A DNA stretch of 64,000 nt from Minisyncoccia bacterium (GCA_041740795.1 JBGSLH010000012.1:19146-83145); one strand, 5' to 3'; positions 17,888 to 26,821 are shown, counted from the stretch's first letter. The notes: generated from the sequence alone by a model not told the origin. Made by a program: numbers and translations.

Positions 17888-20067
17888 CGACTCACTATAA
17901 GCATTGTATTATCTTTGTGGATTGTTTGCCAGATTTCTTCGGTGATAAAGGGCATGAATGGGTGGAGTGCCTTGAGTTGATCTGTTAGAAGTGTTCGGAG
18001 CGTATACTGCGCTGACTTCTTGTCTTCCTCTGATACTGACTCTACTATTCTTTTTTTGCAGTCTTCTATGATAACGTCTGCAAATCTGTGCCAGAAGAAA
18101 TGATATAACTTCTCGCTTACGAGATAGAGTTTGTACTCTTCCATTTCTTTTGTGATTTCTGCAAGAAGCGTCTGAAATTCTTCGAGGTATGCTTGGTCTT
18201 GCGTCGCGAGAGATGCGGGCTTCTCGATGTTTTCATCTGAAGTCTGTTCAAGTACGAATCTTGTCGCGTTCCATATCTTGTTTGCAAACTTCTTGTATGC
18301 GCGGATCTTGTCTTCAGAAAAATTCACGTCGCTCCCAGGACCCGTTCCTACAAGCATAGACATTCGTAGTGCATCAGCTCCATATTTTTCTATCATATCG
18401 ATTGGATCAACCGCGTTTCCGATGGATTTACTCATCTTTTTCCCTTTGGCATCTCGCACGAGTCCATGAAGGTAGACCGTCTTGAAAGGAATTTCACCAA
18501 GCAGGTATGTACTCATAAGAATCATTCGTGCTACCCAAAAAAATATGATATCGTATCCCGTCTCGAGGAGGTTTGTCGGATGATATGTCTTGAAGTCTGC
18601 AGTTTCGTCTGGCCATCCAAGTGTAGAGAACGTCCACAGCGCGGAAGAGAACCAGGTGTCTAGTGTATCTTCGTCTTGTGTCCATGAGTCGTCATTTGGA
18701 TTTTCTCCGATCTGCATTGCACCATCCTTGTACCAGACAGGGATTCGGTGTCCGTACCAGATCTGCCGTGAGATACACCAGTCACGCAGATTGTCGATCC
18801 AGTGGAAATATGTCTTTGAGAAACGGTCGGGGAGAATCTCGATTTGATCGGAGGAGACAACATGTTGCATCAGTTCCTTGAGTGAAACTTCTTGTCCTAC
18901 ACTGATTCCTTTAAGATTAGATTTTGCGAGTTTGAATTTTTTGGTTACGTCGACGAACCATTGTAGCTTGGGAAGCGGTTCGATAATTGCACCGGTTCGT
19001 TCTGCAGTCGAGATGTTTTGTTCGATTTCCTTTTCATCAACCAGTAGGTTCTGTTCTCTAAGCCATTCGACTGTCTTGATTCGTGCTTCTTCAACCTTGA
19101 GTCCGTTTACGAGTTCGCTTGTTGTCTGCATCTTGGCATATTCGTTGATGACTTGTTTGAGTGGAAGATCGTTCCGGATCGCCATGTCATAGTCGACTTG
19201 AGAGTGTGCCGGAGTTACTCCGAGGGCACCTGTCCCGAACTCAGGTTCCACATGCTCATCCGCGATGATTTGGATTGAAAGTTTTTCTCCTGCAAAATCT
19301 ATATCGAAAGTTTGCCCAATGTATGTTTGGTATCGTGTATCGTCTGGATGTACAGCAACCGCAGTGTCCCCGAATTTCGTTTCTGGTCGCGTAGTTGAGA
19401 TTGCAATAGGGAAGTCCGTACTGTATTTGAAAGTGTACAAAAAAGCCTTTCGTGTTTCATACACGATCTCGTCATCAGAGATTACAGTCTGACCCTTTGG
19501 GTCCCAGTTGATTACTTTTTCTTTTCGATAGATCAGTCCGTCCTCGTACATTTTTTTGAATGCTGCATGTACCGCCTTTTCTCTTTGTGCATCAAGTGTA
19601 AAAGCTTCGCGTGACCAGTCAACGGAGGCACCCATCGCCTTGATTTGTGTCGTGATGGTGTCGTGACTCTCTTGTGCAAACGCATTCACTTCGGCGAGAA
19701 AAGCCTCGCGACCGAGATCATGCTTTCGTTTGCCGTCCTTGAGGAGTAATTTTTCTACTTTGGTTTGAGTTGCTATCGCTGCATGATCCGTTCCTGGTAT
19801 CCAAAGAGTTTTTTTGCCTCGCATGCGCTCGAACCTGATGATCGTATCTTGGATCGCGAGCATTGACGCGTGTCCGAGATGGAGTACTCCTGTTACGTTA
19901 GGAGGAGGAAGTACAATTGAAAAAGGTTCCGCGTCTGCAGAAGTCACACCTTCTCGAACGCAGATGTCTGGATTAAAAAAGTTAGACTTTTGCCACAAAT
20001 CATAGATATTTGATTCAACCTCCTTGGGTTCGTACGGTTTAAGGAATTTGTCGCTCATGTAGAACAT
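17872..20067 (-). CDS. valS: Valyl-tRNA synthetase (short form, 731 aa)
   Basis: PPPNVTGVLHLGHA, TDHAAIATQ, KMSKSIGN. No long C-terminal coiled coil. Confidence 0.9.
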   Translation of the reverse strand: MFYMSDKFLKPYEPKEVESNIYDLWQKSNFFNPDICVREGVTSADAEPFSIVLPPPNVTGVLHLGHASMLAIQDTIIRFERMRGKKTLWIPGTDHAAIATQTKVEKLLLKDGKRKHDLGREAFLAEVNAFAQESHDTITTQIKAMGASVDWSREAFTLDAQREKAVHAAFKKMYEDGLIYRKEKVINWDPKGQTVISDDEIVYETRKAFLYTFKYSTDFPIAISTTRPETKFGDTAVAVHPDDTRYQTYIGQTFDIDFAGEKLSIQIIADEHVEPEFGTGALGVTPAHSQVDYDMAIRNDLPLKQVINEYAKMQTTSELVNGLKVEEARIKTVEWLREQNLLVDEKEIEQNISTAERTGAIIEPLPKLQWFVDVTKKFKLAKSNLKGISVGQEVSLKELMQHVVSSDQIEILPDRFSKTYFHWIDNLRDWCISRQIWYGHRIPVWYKDGAMQIGENPNDDSWTQDEDTLDTWFSSALWTFSTLGWPDETADFKTYHPTNLLETGYDIIFFWVARMILMSTYLLGEIPFKTVYLHGLVRDAKGKKMSKSIGNAVDPIDMIEKYGADALRMSMLVGTGPGSDVNFSEDKIRAYKKFANKIWNATRFVLEQTSDENIEKPASLATQDQAYLEEFQTLLAEITKEMEEYKLYLVSEKLYHFFWHRFADVIIEDCKKRIVESVSEEDKKSAQYTLRTLLTDQLKALHPFMPFITEEIWQTIHKDNTMLIVSRWPLQ

Positions 20068-20106
20068 ACTATCAAAATAAAAGGATTCTTTCCATCAATA
20101 AAAAAA

Positions 20107-20155
20107 CAGGCAGACACAAACCTAAAACCAACAAAGTCCGGATTGTGTCTGCCTG
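20107..20155 (-). terminator. Strong intrinsic terminator 40 nt upstream of valS
   Basis: 13-bp arms CAGGCAGACACAA/TTGTGTCTGCCTG, with a T-run on the minus strand (A-run at 20101-20106). Confidence 0.65.
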
Positions 20156-20386
20156 CTGAATTTTTTGAAAGGGTACAATTTGTAGATTTGCCATGAACAA
20201 AGCTGAACCGTTTCTTTGTACCAGTATGGAGGAATTCACTCCTACCATAAGTGTTGCCTTGGCAACCCTGTCGCGAGCAGTCTATGAGGGGCTGGCTGTT
20301 GCGTTGCTGATGCGCTTGAAGCTTGATGCCTCACATACCGCTGACCTGTCTGGTTATATAGTAGAACGTTTTTATAAAAAAGTCAA

Positions 20387-21601
20387 TCAGTATGACAGGT
20401 TGCCCTGAGCCGTTATTTCTGGGTTAATCGTGGCCATCGTATTGAGAGACTCGATCGCACCAGCAACTGCAATCATCTGTGCGTTGTCGGTGGAATCGGA
20501 TATCTTGGGCAAAAGGAGAGGAATTTTCATTTGATGAGCAAGTTGTTCCACTTGTGTTCTAAGGTAAGTATTAGCAATGACACCACCAGATATTATGAGG
20601 GTTTTGTACTCACCTTGTTCAAATGCCTTGTTGATTTTGTACAAAATGACATCTGTGATTGCCTGTTCAAACTCGTGCGCAATGTTCATTTTAAGGGTAT
20701 CGGTAAGAGTCTCGATCTCCTTCACTTTGTAGAGTACGGAAGTTTTTAGTCCTGAAAATGAAAAGTCCAAGTCCTTGGTGTGGAGCATCGGACGAGGAAA
20801 CGTGAAGTCGCCGCTGCCGATACTTGAGTGCCGAGCGAGCGCAGCGAGCTCGGCGATCTTGGGTCCGCCAGGATATTCAAGTCCGATCATACGCGCGACT
20901 TTGTCGTACGATTCTCCGATTGCATCGTCTTTTGTTTTTCCTATAATTGTAAAGTCAGAAACGGAATTCATTTCGACAAGTTCGGTATGTCCGCCCGAGA
21001 TCAGGAATGCGAGTGTTGGGAACTTGATCTCTGTCTGGTTAAGTAGTACAGAAAATATATGCCCCTTCATATGGTTGGCTGGAACGAGCGGAATATTCCA
21101 GTACAGAGAAAGTGCGCGCGCAAAGCTGATGCCGACCCAGAGAGCTGGCTCGAGTCCTGGGCCTTGGGTAACTGTTAATAGATCAATGTCAGGCTTGGGA
21201 TACTTCAGAAGAAGCTCCTTGGTTTTTTCAAAAAGTCCGACTTCGCGTTCGAGGAGTTTTTCTATCTGAGACCACCTGTCATCCTGCACAGATTCGTCGG
21301 TAGACGAATCGTGTTGTGGGACCATGTTAGAATAATCACGAGATCCCGCATCTTCGCCTGTCTGCGACAGACTTCGTGCGGGATGACATGTTAATATTTT
21401 TTCCAACAACAAAGGTAACCACTTCGCATGTTCTCTTTTTGCAACTGCAGGGAAGACACCTCCGAATTCTTTATGGATGTCGATTTGTGAAAAGAGTTCA
21501 CTTTGAATCTCTCGCGCCGTGATACGTGTATCAGAAATCTGCACGTCTACAAGAGCGATACCTGTCTCATCACAAGATGTTTCTATTGCGAGGATTTTCA
21601 T
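20387..21601 (-). CDS. tsaD: tRNA N6-adenosine threonylcarbamoyltransferase TsaD (404 aa, with an internal insertion)
   Basis: MKILAIETSCDETGIALV, GPGLEPAL, SGGHTELV, ISGGVIAN. Confidence 0.9.
   Translation of the reverse strand: MKILAIETSCDETGIALVDVQISDTRITAREIQSELFSQIDIHKEFGGVFPAVAKREHAKWLPLLLEKILTCHPARSLSQTGEDAGSRDYSNMVPQHDSSTDESVQDDRWSQIEKLLEREVGLFEKTKELLLKYPKPDIDLLTVTQGPGLEPALWVGISFARALSLYWNIPLVPANHMKGHIFSVLLNQTEIKFPTLAFLISGGHTELVEMNSVSDFTIIGKTKDDAIGESYDKVARMIGLEYPGGPKIAELAALARHSSIGSGDFTFPRPMLHTKDLDFSFSGLKTSVLYKVKEIETLTDTLKMNIAHEFEQAITDVILYKINKAFEQGEYKTLIISGGVIANTYLRTQVEQLAHQMKIPLLLPKISDSTDNAQMIAVAGAIESLNTMATINPEITAQGNLSY
21278..21387 (-). mobile_element. Composite palindromic element inserted in frame in tsaD
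   Basis: On the + strand: GTCATCCTGCA..TGTGGGA, a loop, then CGAGATCCCGCA..TGCGGGATGAC. Translated through as HPARSLSQTGEDAGSRDYSNMVPQHDSSTDESVQDD. Homologous to 62721-62832. Confidence 0.7.
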
Positions 21602-21637
21602 ATAGGGGATAGTAGCACAAAAATAGCTTTTTAAAAC

Positions 21638-22480
21638 CTAAATACAAGCACAAAAGTCAGAATTAGACGAACCATCACACAAAGGTGTTGGACTATTTAA
21701 TGGAACTGCATTGTGTTGACATAATATAGAACCTGTTGGTATTGGTCGAAAAAATCCAAAACCTATTGCTGTTTGATTAGATAAAATTCTTTGAGTAAGT
21801 ATATCAGGATTTTGAATTGAAGCGCTTCCTGTACAAAAACCAATTTCAGCAGCAATTCTACATGCATCAGAAGGGAATTCACTTGGGTTCAAAGATGTTA
21901 ATGTTGCACAATTACAATTTTCTGGCGCTTGACGGGCATTAAAACAAGAGCTTGTCTCTGTTTGTTGTCCGATAGCAGGACAACTCCAATCATGATCACA
22001 AGAACCAAAGGTATAACTTTTTGAAGGAGAGGCCGAACAATATTTTTTTGTATTATTTGCAATACTGTTATTTAACTTTACTCCAAAGACAGCATCTATT
22101 TGATCTTCTGAAACCGCATACATATATCCAGCTCCCGTTGGACTGTATGGTATTTCTGAGAGGTAGCCACCATCTACCAGCGCTTGCATAGTTGGAATGT
22201 AATCAGAGTTTGGATCATTTTCATTATGGGTAATACCTATGTTTGTACTGTCTCCACCGCCAGATGTCTTTAAGGGTGCAAAACCATTGTGGTCATTTTT
22301 ATACAATGCAATCGCACTGCTTATCTGTTGTGCGTCAGCCTTCATGCTCGCATCCCTTCCCTTTTTCTTGGCCTCAGTTATGTTAAAAAAAATTACAGAT
22401 GACAAGACTGAAATCATTCCAGTTACGAGTAAAAGTTCAATAAGTGTAAAACCCTTTTTATTTTTTGAAGATGTTTGCAT
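21638..22480 (-). CDS. Type IV pilin-like protein with a Cys-rich C-terminal domain
   Basis: Prepilin N-terminus KGFTLIELLLVTGMISVL. 12 Cys in the C-terminal half. Confidence 0.75.
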   Translation of the reverse strand: MQTSSKNKKGFTLIELLLVTGMISVLSSVIFFNITEAKKKGRDASMKADAQQISSAIALYKNDHNGFAPLKTSGGGDSTNIGITHNENDPNSDYIPTMQALVDGGYLSEIPYSPTGAGYMYAVSEDQIDAVFGVKLNNSIANNTKKYCSASPSKSYTFGSCDHDWSCPAIGQQTETSSCFNARQAPENCNCATLTSLNPSEFPSDACRIAAEIGFCTGSASIQNPDILTQRILSNQTAIGFGFFRPIPTGSILCQHNAVPLNSPTPLCDGSSNSDFCACI

Positions 22481-22586
22481 AGGTATGATTATTTATAGAT
22501 ATAAGTTTACCATCATCTTAAAATGAGTAAAAACAAAGAAGTTAAGATGTTTACAACTATACGGATTGTGCCATTCTCAAAAAAGA

Positions 22587-23129
22587 ATGAAAACATCAAT
22601 TGGAGACAAACTGTTTCCTCCCAAATTCATAGCCAGTGTCATCTTTCCTGTCAAAGAGGGGAAAGTTTGTATGGCCATCAAGACTCGTGGAGTAGGTAAG
22701 AACAAGCGTAATGGATATGGGGGAGGATTGGAAGAAGGTGAAAACATGCTTGGATGCACCATTCGAGAACTTCGTGAAGAAGCCTGTGTAGAAACGGATG
22801 TCGCGAGTATCAAAAAAGTTGGATTTATCAAGATTCGAAATCTGAATGCGGATGGGTCACATAACTTTACATGCCATCTTCATGTCATTCTGCTTACTTC
22901 GTGGACGGGAGAGTTTGCGGAGACCGATGAAATGCTCGATCCCAAATGGTTTCCTGTTTCTGACCTTCCTGTTAGTGACATGATGCCTGCAGACCTGATA
23001 TGGGTACCTCGTATTCTTGCAGGTGAAAGCCTGCGGGGAGAATTCAGTTGTGGACCCGAACAGGTACTAGTCGGCGAAGCGATTTTGGAACCATGCACCT
23101 TCGGCGACCAAGACCTGGAAGCTTCCTAA
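22587..23129 (+). CDS. NUDIX hydrolase
   Basis: Nudix box GGGLEEGENMLGCTIRELREEACVE. Start set at the first ATG. Confidence 0.8.
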   Translation: MKTSIGDKLFPPKFIASVIFPVKEGKVCMAIKTRGVGKNKRNGYGGGLEEGENMLGCTIRELREEACVETDVASIKKVGFIKIRNLNADGSHNFTCHLHVILLTSWTGEFAETDEMLDPKWFPVSDLPVSDMMPADLIWVPRILAGESLRGEFSCGPEQVLVGEAILEPCTFGDQDLEAS

Positions 23130-23134
23130 ACTCA

Positions 23135-23162
23135 AGTGCTACAGGAAACTGTGGCACTTTTT
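23135..23162 (+). terminator. Intrinsic terminator with GAAA loop
   Basis: AGTGCTACAG-GAAA-CTGTGGCACT followed by TTTT. Confidence 0.6.
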
Positions 23163-23204
23163 AATATAAAAAAGAACTCTGAAATTCAATGTTTCGATCA
23201 CTGG

Positions 23205-23528
23205 TTACTTAAGCAGGTAGATGGAAATTACTCCAAGCAGGATTCCTACAATCTGTGACAATGTAAGGGGTTCGTTAAAATAAAAATATGTGAATATGAC
23301 GAGGATGATTGTATTGAAGAGGACTTGGATGATGCCGGCCGCTACGATGTTAATGTCGTATTTGTAACTTTCCACAAGTGCCATAGATCCGAGAAGATAC
23401 AGAAGAATACCTATTACGTAGGAAGCGGAGTATAAGGCTCCTTTTTCTACCCAGTTTTTGAATATAAGATCGCCTAGTGTGAGGATGAGTCCGCCTATAA
23501 ACAAGATTGTGAGCGGGATGAGATGCAT
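23205..23528 (-). CDS. Small 4-TM DMT-superfamily (SMR/ArnE-like) membrane protein
   Basis: 107 aa with four hydrophobic helices. Family assignment rests on architecture only. Confidence 0.55.
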   Translation of the reverse strand: MHLIPLTILFIGGLILTLGDLIFKNWVEKGALYSASYVIGILLYLLGSMALVESYKYDINIVAAGIIQVLFNTIILVIFTYFYFNEPLTLSQIVGILLGVISIYLLK

Positions 23529-23746
23529 TGGATTATTTTAGCATGTCAGAATTAAGATTCACAATGTTTATTGTGAGCTAAAGGCGTGGCTTTTAGAACT
23601 TTTGGGAAGGAGGGGTGATCCTAATGTATTGAACCATTACGCAGTATTGACAAATACGATTATCAATAGTACTTTAAAAATAAAATCGGGTTACAAGATA
23701 TTCCTCTCAGGACATCGCCCTTTTGCACATCAAATTAGATACCATC

Positions 23747-24637
23747 ATGACACCACTGATTCGCATCACACCTTCGGTATTTCAAATTCCTCCGGATGAT
23801 GGAGGTTATCTCAAAGCACAGAATCGAGAAAAAGACATGGACGATAGTGACCGAGTAGGTTCGCTTTTCTTGAAAGATCGTATTGGTGAAACAGGTAATG
23901 GAGGAAGCATCCTCCGTAGCGTGATCCAAAAAATGGAAAAGGATGCCAATCCTCCAGGAGCGACTTTATGGACACGGACAGTTGGCTTCAGTCAAAGAAT
24001 GGGCCCTGCTAGTAGCTGGGCACATATTCTTATGAGTCTCAAAGGTGATCCGTTCGAATTCGCCGTCTTCAGTCTTGAAGATCTCGGATTCACTGATCCT
24101 GAAGTAACGAAGCTTGCAACAGTAAAAGATTTACTCACAAGAGCTGAGGGAATGGGTTTAAAGACCTGTCCCCATGGACTTATGGCAGCTCTCGTACTTG
24201 CGCAACCCGTTGTAAAATTATACTCGACTATTGCGGTCATGACTGAACCTGTTCATGTTTATGAGGAAGGCTTATATTACTGGTCTCTTAAGGGGTGTGG
24301 AATGAACGGTTCTACCGTAGTACACCGTTTACAAGCTTATCCAGAATGCCAGATCCGTTGCATGGAAGAAGATGGGCTTGTTTTCGGTTCTTATGATGGG
24401 AAGTTAAATATTCCCCCTCCGAACAAGCTTGGATTCCTATATGTAGTTCCCCCAAACTTCAGACTTCCTTCACCCGTTCAAAGACAGGAGATCATCGAAA
24501 CGAAGCAATTGGCTCGGGTTGCAGCACTTGAGCAAAAACCTGACAACACGCCTATCTTCCAGTTTCCTGGAATTGAAGAGAATCGACTTCCACTTATTAG
24601 TATTACTACCTGTTTGCAGGATGCAATGCTCGTTTGA
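23747..24637 (+). CDS. Hypothetical protein with no recognisable domain
   Basis: Long ORF, visibly GC-richer than its neighbours. Start set at the first ATG; the ORF-track start at 23723 is TTG. Confidence 0.5.
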   Translation: MTPLIRITPSVFQIPPDDGGYLKAQNREKDMDDSDRVGSLFLKDRIGETGNGGSILRSVIQKMEKDANPPGATLWTRTVGFSQRMGPASSWAHILMSLKGDPFEFAVFSLEDLGFTDPEVTKLATVKDLLTRAEGMGLKTCPHGLMAALVLAQPVVKLYSTIAVMTEPVHVYEEGLYYWSLKGCGMNGSTVVHRLQAYPECQIRCMEEDGLVFGSYDGKLNIPPPNKLGFLYVVPPNFRLPSPVQRQEIIETKQLARVAALEQKPDNTPIFQFPGIEENRLPLISITTCLQDAMLV

Positions 24638-24725
24638 AGTATGGTGTCCAAAATCAAATTCGCCCAATTTAAATTATTAGATTGTGGCGGATTTTTATTT
24701 CCCCTTCCTCGAAAGATTGCCCTAA

Positions 24726-24758
24726 ATGGTGACCCTACGGAGAATCGACCCGCAGTTA
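24726..24758 (-). pseudogene. Degenerate copy of the tRNA-Glu 3' end
   Basis: TGGTGACCCTACGGAGAATCGA matches 21 of 22 positions (22 of the first 23) of the tRNA-Glu 3' end (TGGTGACCCCACGGAGAATCGAA at 24964), then diverges. The T-loop lacks 1 nt. Confidence 0.6.
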
Positions 24759-24963
24759 CTAAACTCAAACTTCGTCTTTCAGACTCGTTTTCGTTAAGTA
24801 CTGCTGGTCGCGGCTCGCTCATCCCAGGTCTGCTCTGTAGATGATTAATATAAAATTCGAGAAAGTATTCGCAGACGCAGGGGCCCTGGAGCTCCGCCGT
24901 TCTCATCTCCTTGGTGCCTACAAAAATAAATCGCCAAGACCTGCTCGGTCTTGGCTCATTATT

Positions 24964-25038
24964 TTGGTGACCCCACGGAGAATCGAACTCCGATTACCGC
25001 CTTGAAAAGGCGATGTCCTAACCGTTAGACGATGGGGC
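24964..25038 (-). tRNA. tRNA-Glu (UUC), CCA encoded
   Basis: Acceptor GGCCCCA/TGGGGTC, anticodon loop TTTTCAA, T-loop TTCGATT, 3' ACCA. Confidence 0.9.
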
Positions 25039-25367
25039 CATACTTGGACTTTTGTTTAAAAATCAAGTGTCACCATCATACCAACTTTTCCAAAAAAATC
25101 AAAGGTTATTGGGACCATTGGCTTAGATTGATTGACTGAATACTCTAAATGTGCTCTAATGGCACTCACTTTGTTCTTCGCATGCCAAAACCAACAATAC
25201 CAAACGATGTCATTACTGCATTTCACAACCTCCAGACATCTTCTTGTTGTCGTAAAGATTTATGGAGAATATGAGGCAACGGACACACATTGTGTGACGG
25301 GAGCATTACATTGACTTCCAAAGGCCCTACAGGAATTTCTGTAGGGCCTTTTATTTATACATATCCT

Positions 25368-25772
25368 TTACCCGCGTCTTTTTTCAAGGACGACAGAGAG
25401 TGCCAGTGCGATTATAACAATGTTTTTGATAATGTATTGTCCTGGAAGAGTCGGTACAAAAGCGAATTGCCACGTCATGGGTACGAGAAGAAAAAGGGGG
25501 AGGATCGTGGTGAACATGTGAGGGATGAGGATGATGACGGCAAGCTTGGTAGTCTTTGGAAAAAGAAACAGGATACCGATCAGCATCTCCACAAGTCCTA
25601 GTAGTACGATGAATACATCAAAACTCATTTGGTTAAGCAAAGGTATCTTTACAAAAAGCGCCTCAACAAGATCGTTTGCTGGAGATACTCCAAAAAGTTT
25701 CAATGCACCGAACCAGAAGAAGACAATGAAGAGTGCGATGTGTGCCAGCAAGTATGTGATTTTTTTATTCAT
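25368..25772 (-). CDS. DoxX/DUF417-like membrane protein
   Basis: 134 aa, four TM segments, FWFGALKLFG start typical of these families. Confidence 0.55.
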   Translation of the reverse strand: MNKKITYLLAHIALFIVFFWFGALKLFGVSPANDLVEALFVKIPLLNQMSFDVFIVLLGLVEMLIGILFLFPKTTKLAVIILIPHMFTTILPLFLLVPMTWQFAFVPTLPGQYIIKNIVIIALALSVVLEKRRG

Positions 25773-25773
25773 A

Positions 25774-26700
25774 TTATTTGTTTTGTTGTAGATAGATGTA
25801 AATATCCTCGAGCGCTTTCACTGCATCTCCGGCTGCGATATTGTTCTGATGATAAATCCCGTTGGTACAGTCGCCGGCAGCCCAGATGCCGAGCTGAGAA
25901 GTGCGCTGGTTCCACGGATCTGTCACAACACGGTTGTATTCGTCGAGTGTTACGATATCCTTGGCGTATGCAGTTGTCGGAACCGCTCCTATCTCGACGA
26001 AGATACCTTGGACTTCGAGAGAACCTTCTTCTCCAGTTTTGTTATTTTTGTATTTGAGTCCATTCACGAACGTTGCACCTGTGACTTCAGAGATGTCTAC
26101 ATTCGTAAGCGTCTTCATCTTGGGATCTTTGAGCACAGATTCGACAGTGACGGGATCAGCCTTGAACTTTGCATTTTTGTGTATAAGAGTCACACTCTTG
26201 CAGTAGGCAAGAAGTTGCGCTGCACTTTCGAATCCTGCATTTCCTCCACCGATTACTGCAACGTCCTTGCCAGTAAAAAGGGGACCGTCGCATGTTGCGC
26301 AGTAGGTGAGTCCTTTGTGTTCAAAAGTATCAGCACCAGGTGCAACAAGTTTTCTTCGTTGACTTCCTGTTGCAATAAGGATGGTTTTTGCTTGAATCTT
26401 TTCTCCTGTATGTAACGTAATTTCAAATCCATTATTAATCTTTGCAATATTTTGTGCATATAATCCTGTCTTAATATCTATGATGTCTCCAGCATATGCT
26501 TTGAGATGATTTTCGAGAGATTTTGCAAGATCTAATCCACTAATAGAAATTGTTCCAATCCAGTTCTCAATACTGTCAGAAACACTACTTTGACTTAAAA
26601 AATCTTTTGTAATGAATACGGTCTTTATCTTTTTTCGTGACGCGTATACTCCTGCCGCTACTCCTGCAGGACCTCCTCCGATGATTGCTAGTTCGTACAT
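25774..26700 (-). CDS. trxB: Thioredoxin-disulfide reductase
   Basis: IIGGGPAGVAAGVYA FAD motif, CATCDG redox centre, VIGGGNAG NADPH motif. Confidence 0.9.
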   Translation of the reverse strand: MYELAIIGGGPAGVAAGVYASRKKIKTVFITKDFLSQSSVSDSIENWIGTISISGLDLAKSLENHLKAYAGDIIDIKTGLYAQNIAKINNGFEITLHTGEKIQAKTILIATGSQRRKLVAPGADTFEHKGLTYCATCDGPLFTGKDVAVIGGGNAGFESAAQLLAYCKSVTLIHKNAKFKADPVTVESVLKDPKMKTLTNVDISEVTGATFVNGLKYKNNKTGEEGSLEVQGIFVEIGAVPTTAYAKDIVTLDEYNRVVTDPWNQRTSQLGIWAAGDCTNGIYHQNNIAAGDAVKALEDIYIYLQQNK

Positions 26701-26791
26701 GATTGAATAATTAGAAATAAGTAGGATTATTATACTAGAAAAAAAGCTCTTAGCTAATAGCTTTGAGCTTTTAATACTTCACTTTTTCAAA

Positions 26792-26821
26792 TTGCCAATA
26801 GCTAAAAGCTAACAGCTAATT
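26792..26821 (-). repeat. Heptad repeat immediately 3' of the ftsZ stop
   Basis: Plus strand GCCAATA GCTAAAA GCTAACA GCTAATT. In the mRNA sense this reads (NNTTAGC)x3 followed by one TTGGC heptad. Confidence 0.7.

Noticed and set aside
20220-20345. SRP (4.5S/scRNA) RNA, because of CAGGTC and CAGGGTTGCC strings
   Set aside because: There is no GGAA/GNRA-capped domain IV helix and no AGCAGC symmetric-loop motif in a foldable arrangement.
20068-20386. T-box riboswitch upstream of valS
   Set aside because: A TGGTAC string is present, but it pairs as GGTACAA/TTGTACC rather than forming a T-box bulge. No GGGTGGTACCGCG-like box was found. No GUN specifier was found in the loop of the main helix examined. 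Kept only as an unclassified structured leader.
20193-20408. 71-aa plus-strand ORF
   Set aside because: It lies antisense in the structured tsaD-valS spacer and overlaps the tsaD 3' end. It has no promoter or RBS signal and its open frame is driven by the GC-rich structure.
24640-24960. Possible tmRNA (a tRNA-like 3' end ...GGGTCGATTCTCCGTAGGGTCACCA on the minus strand)
   Set aside because: There is no G-U alanine identity pair and no convincing 5' acceptor partner or GGGG start. No tag-like reading frame ending in a plausible C-terminal tag precedes the stops. The 3' segment is better explained as a decayed copy of the neighbouring tRNA-Glu 3' end.
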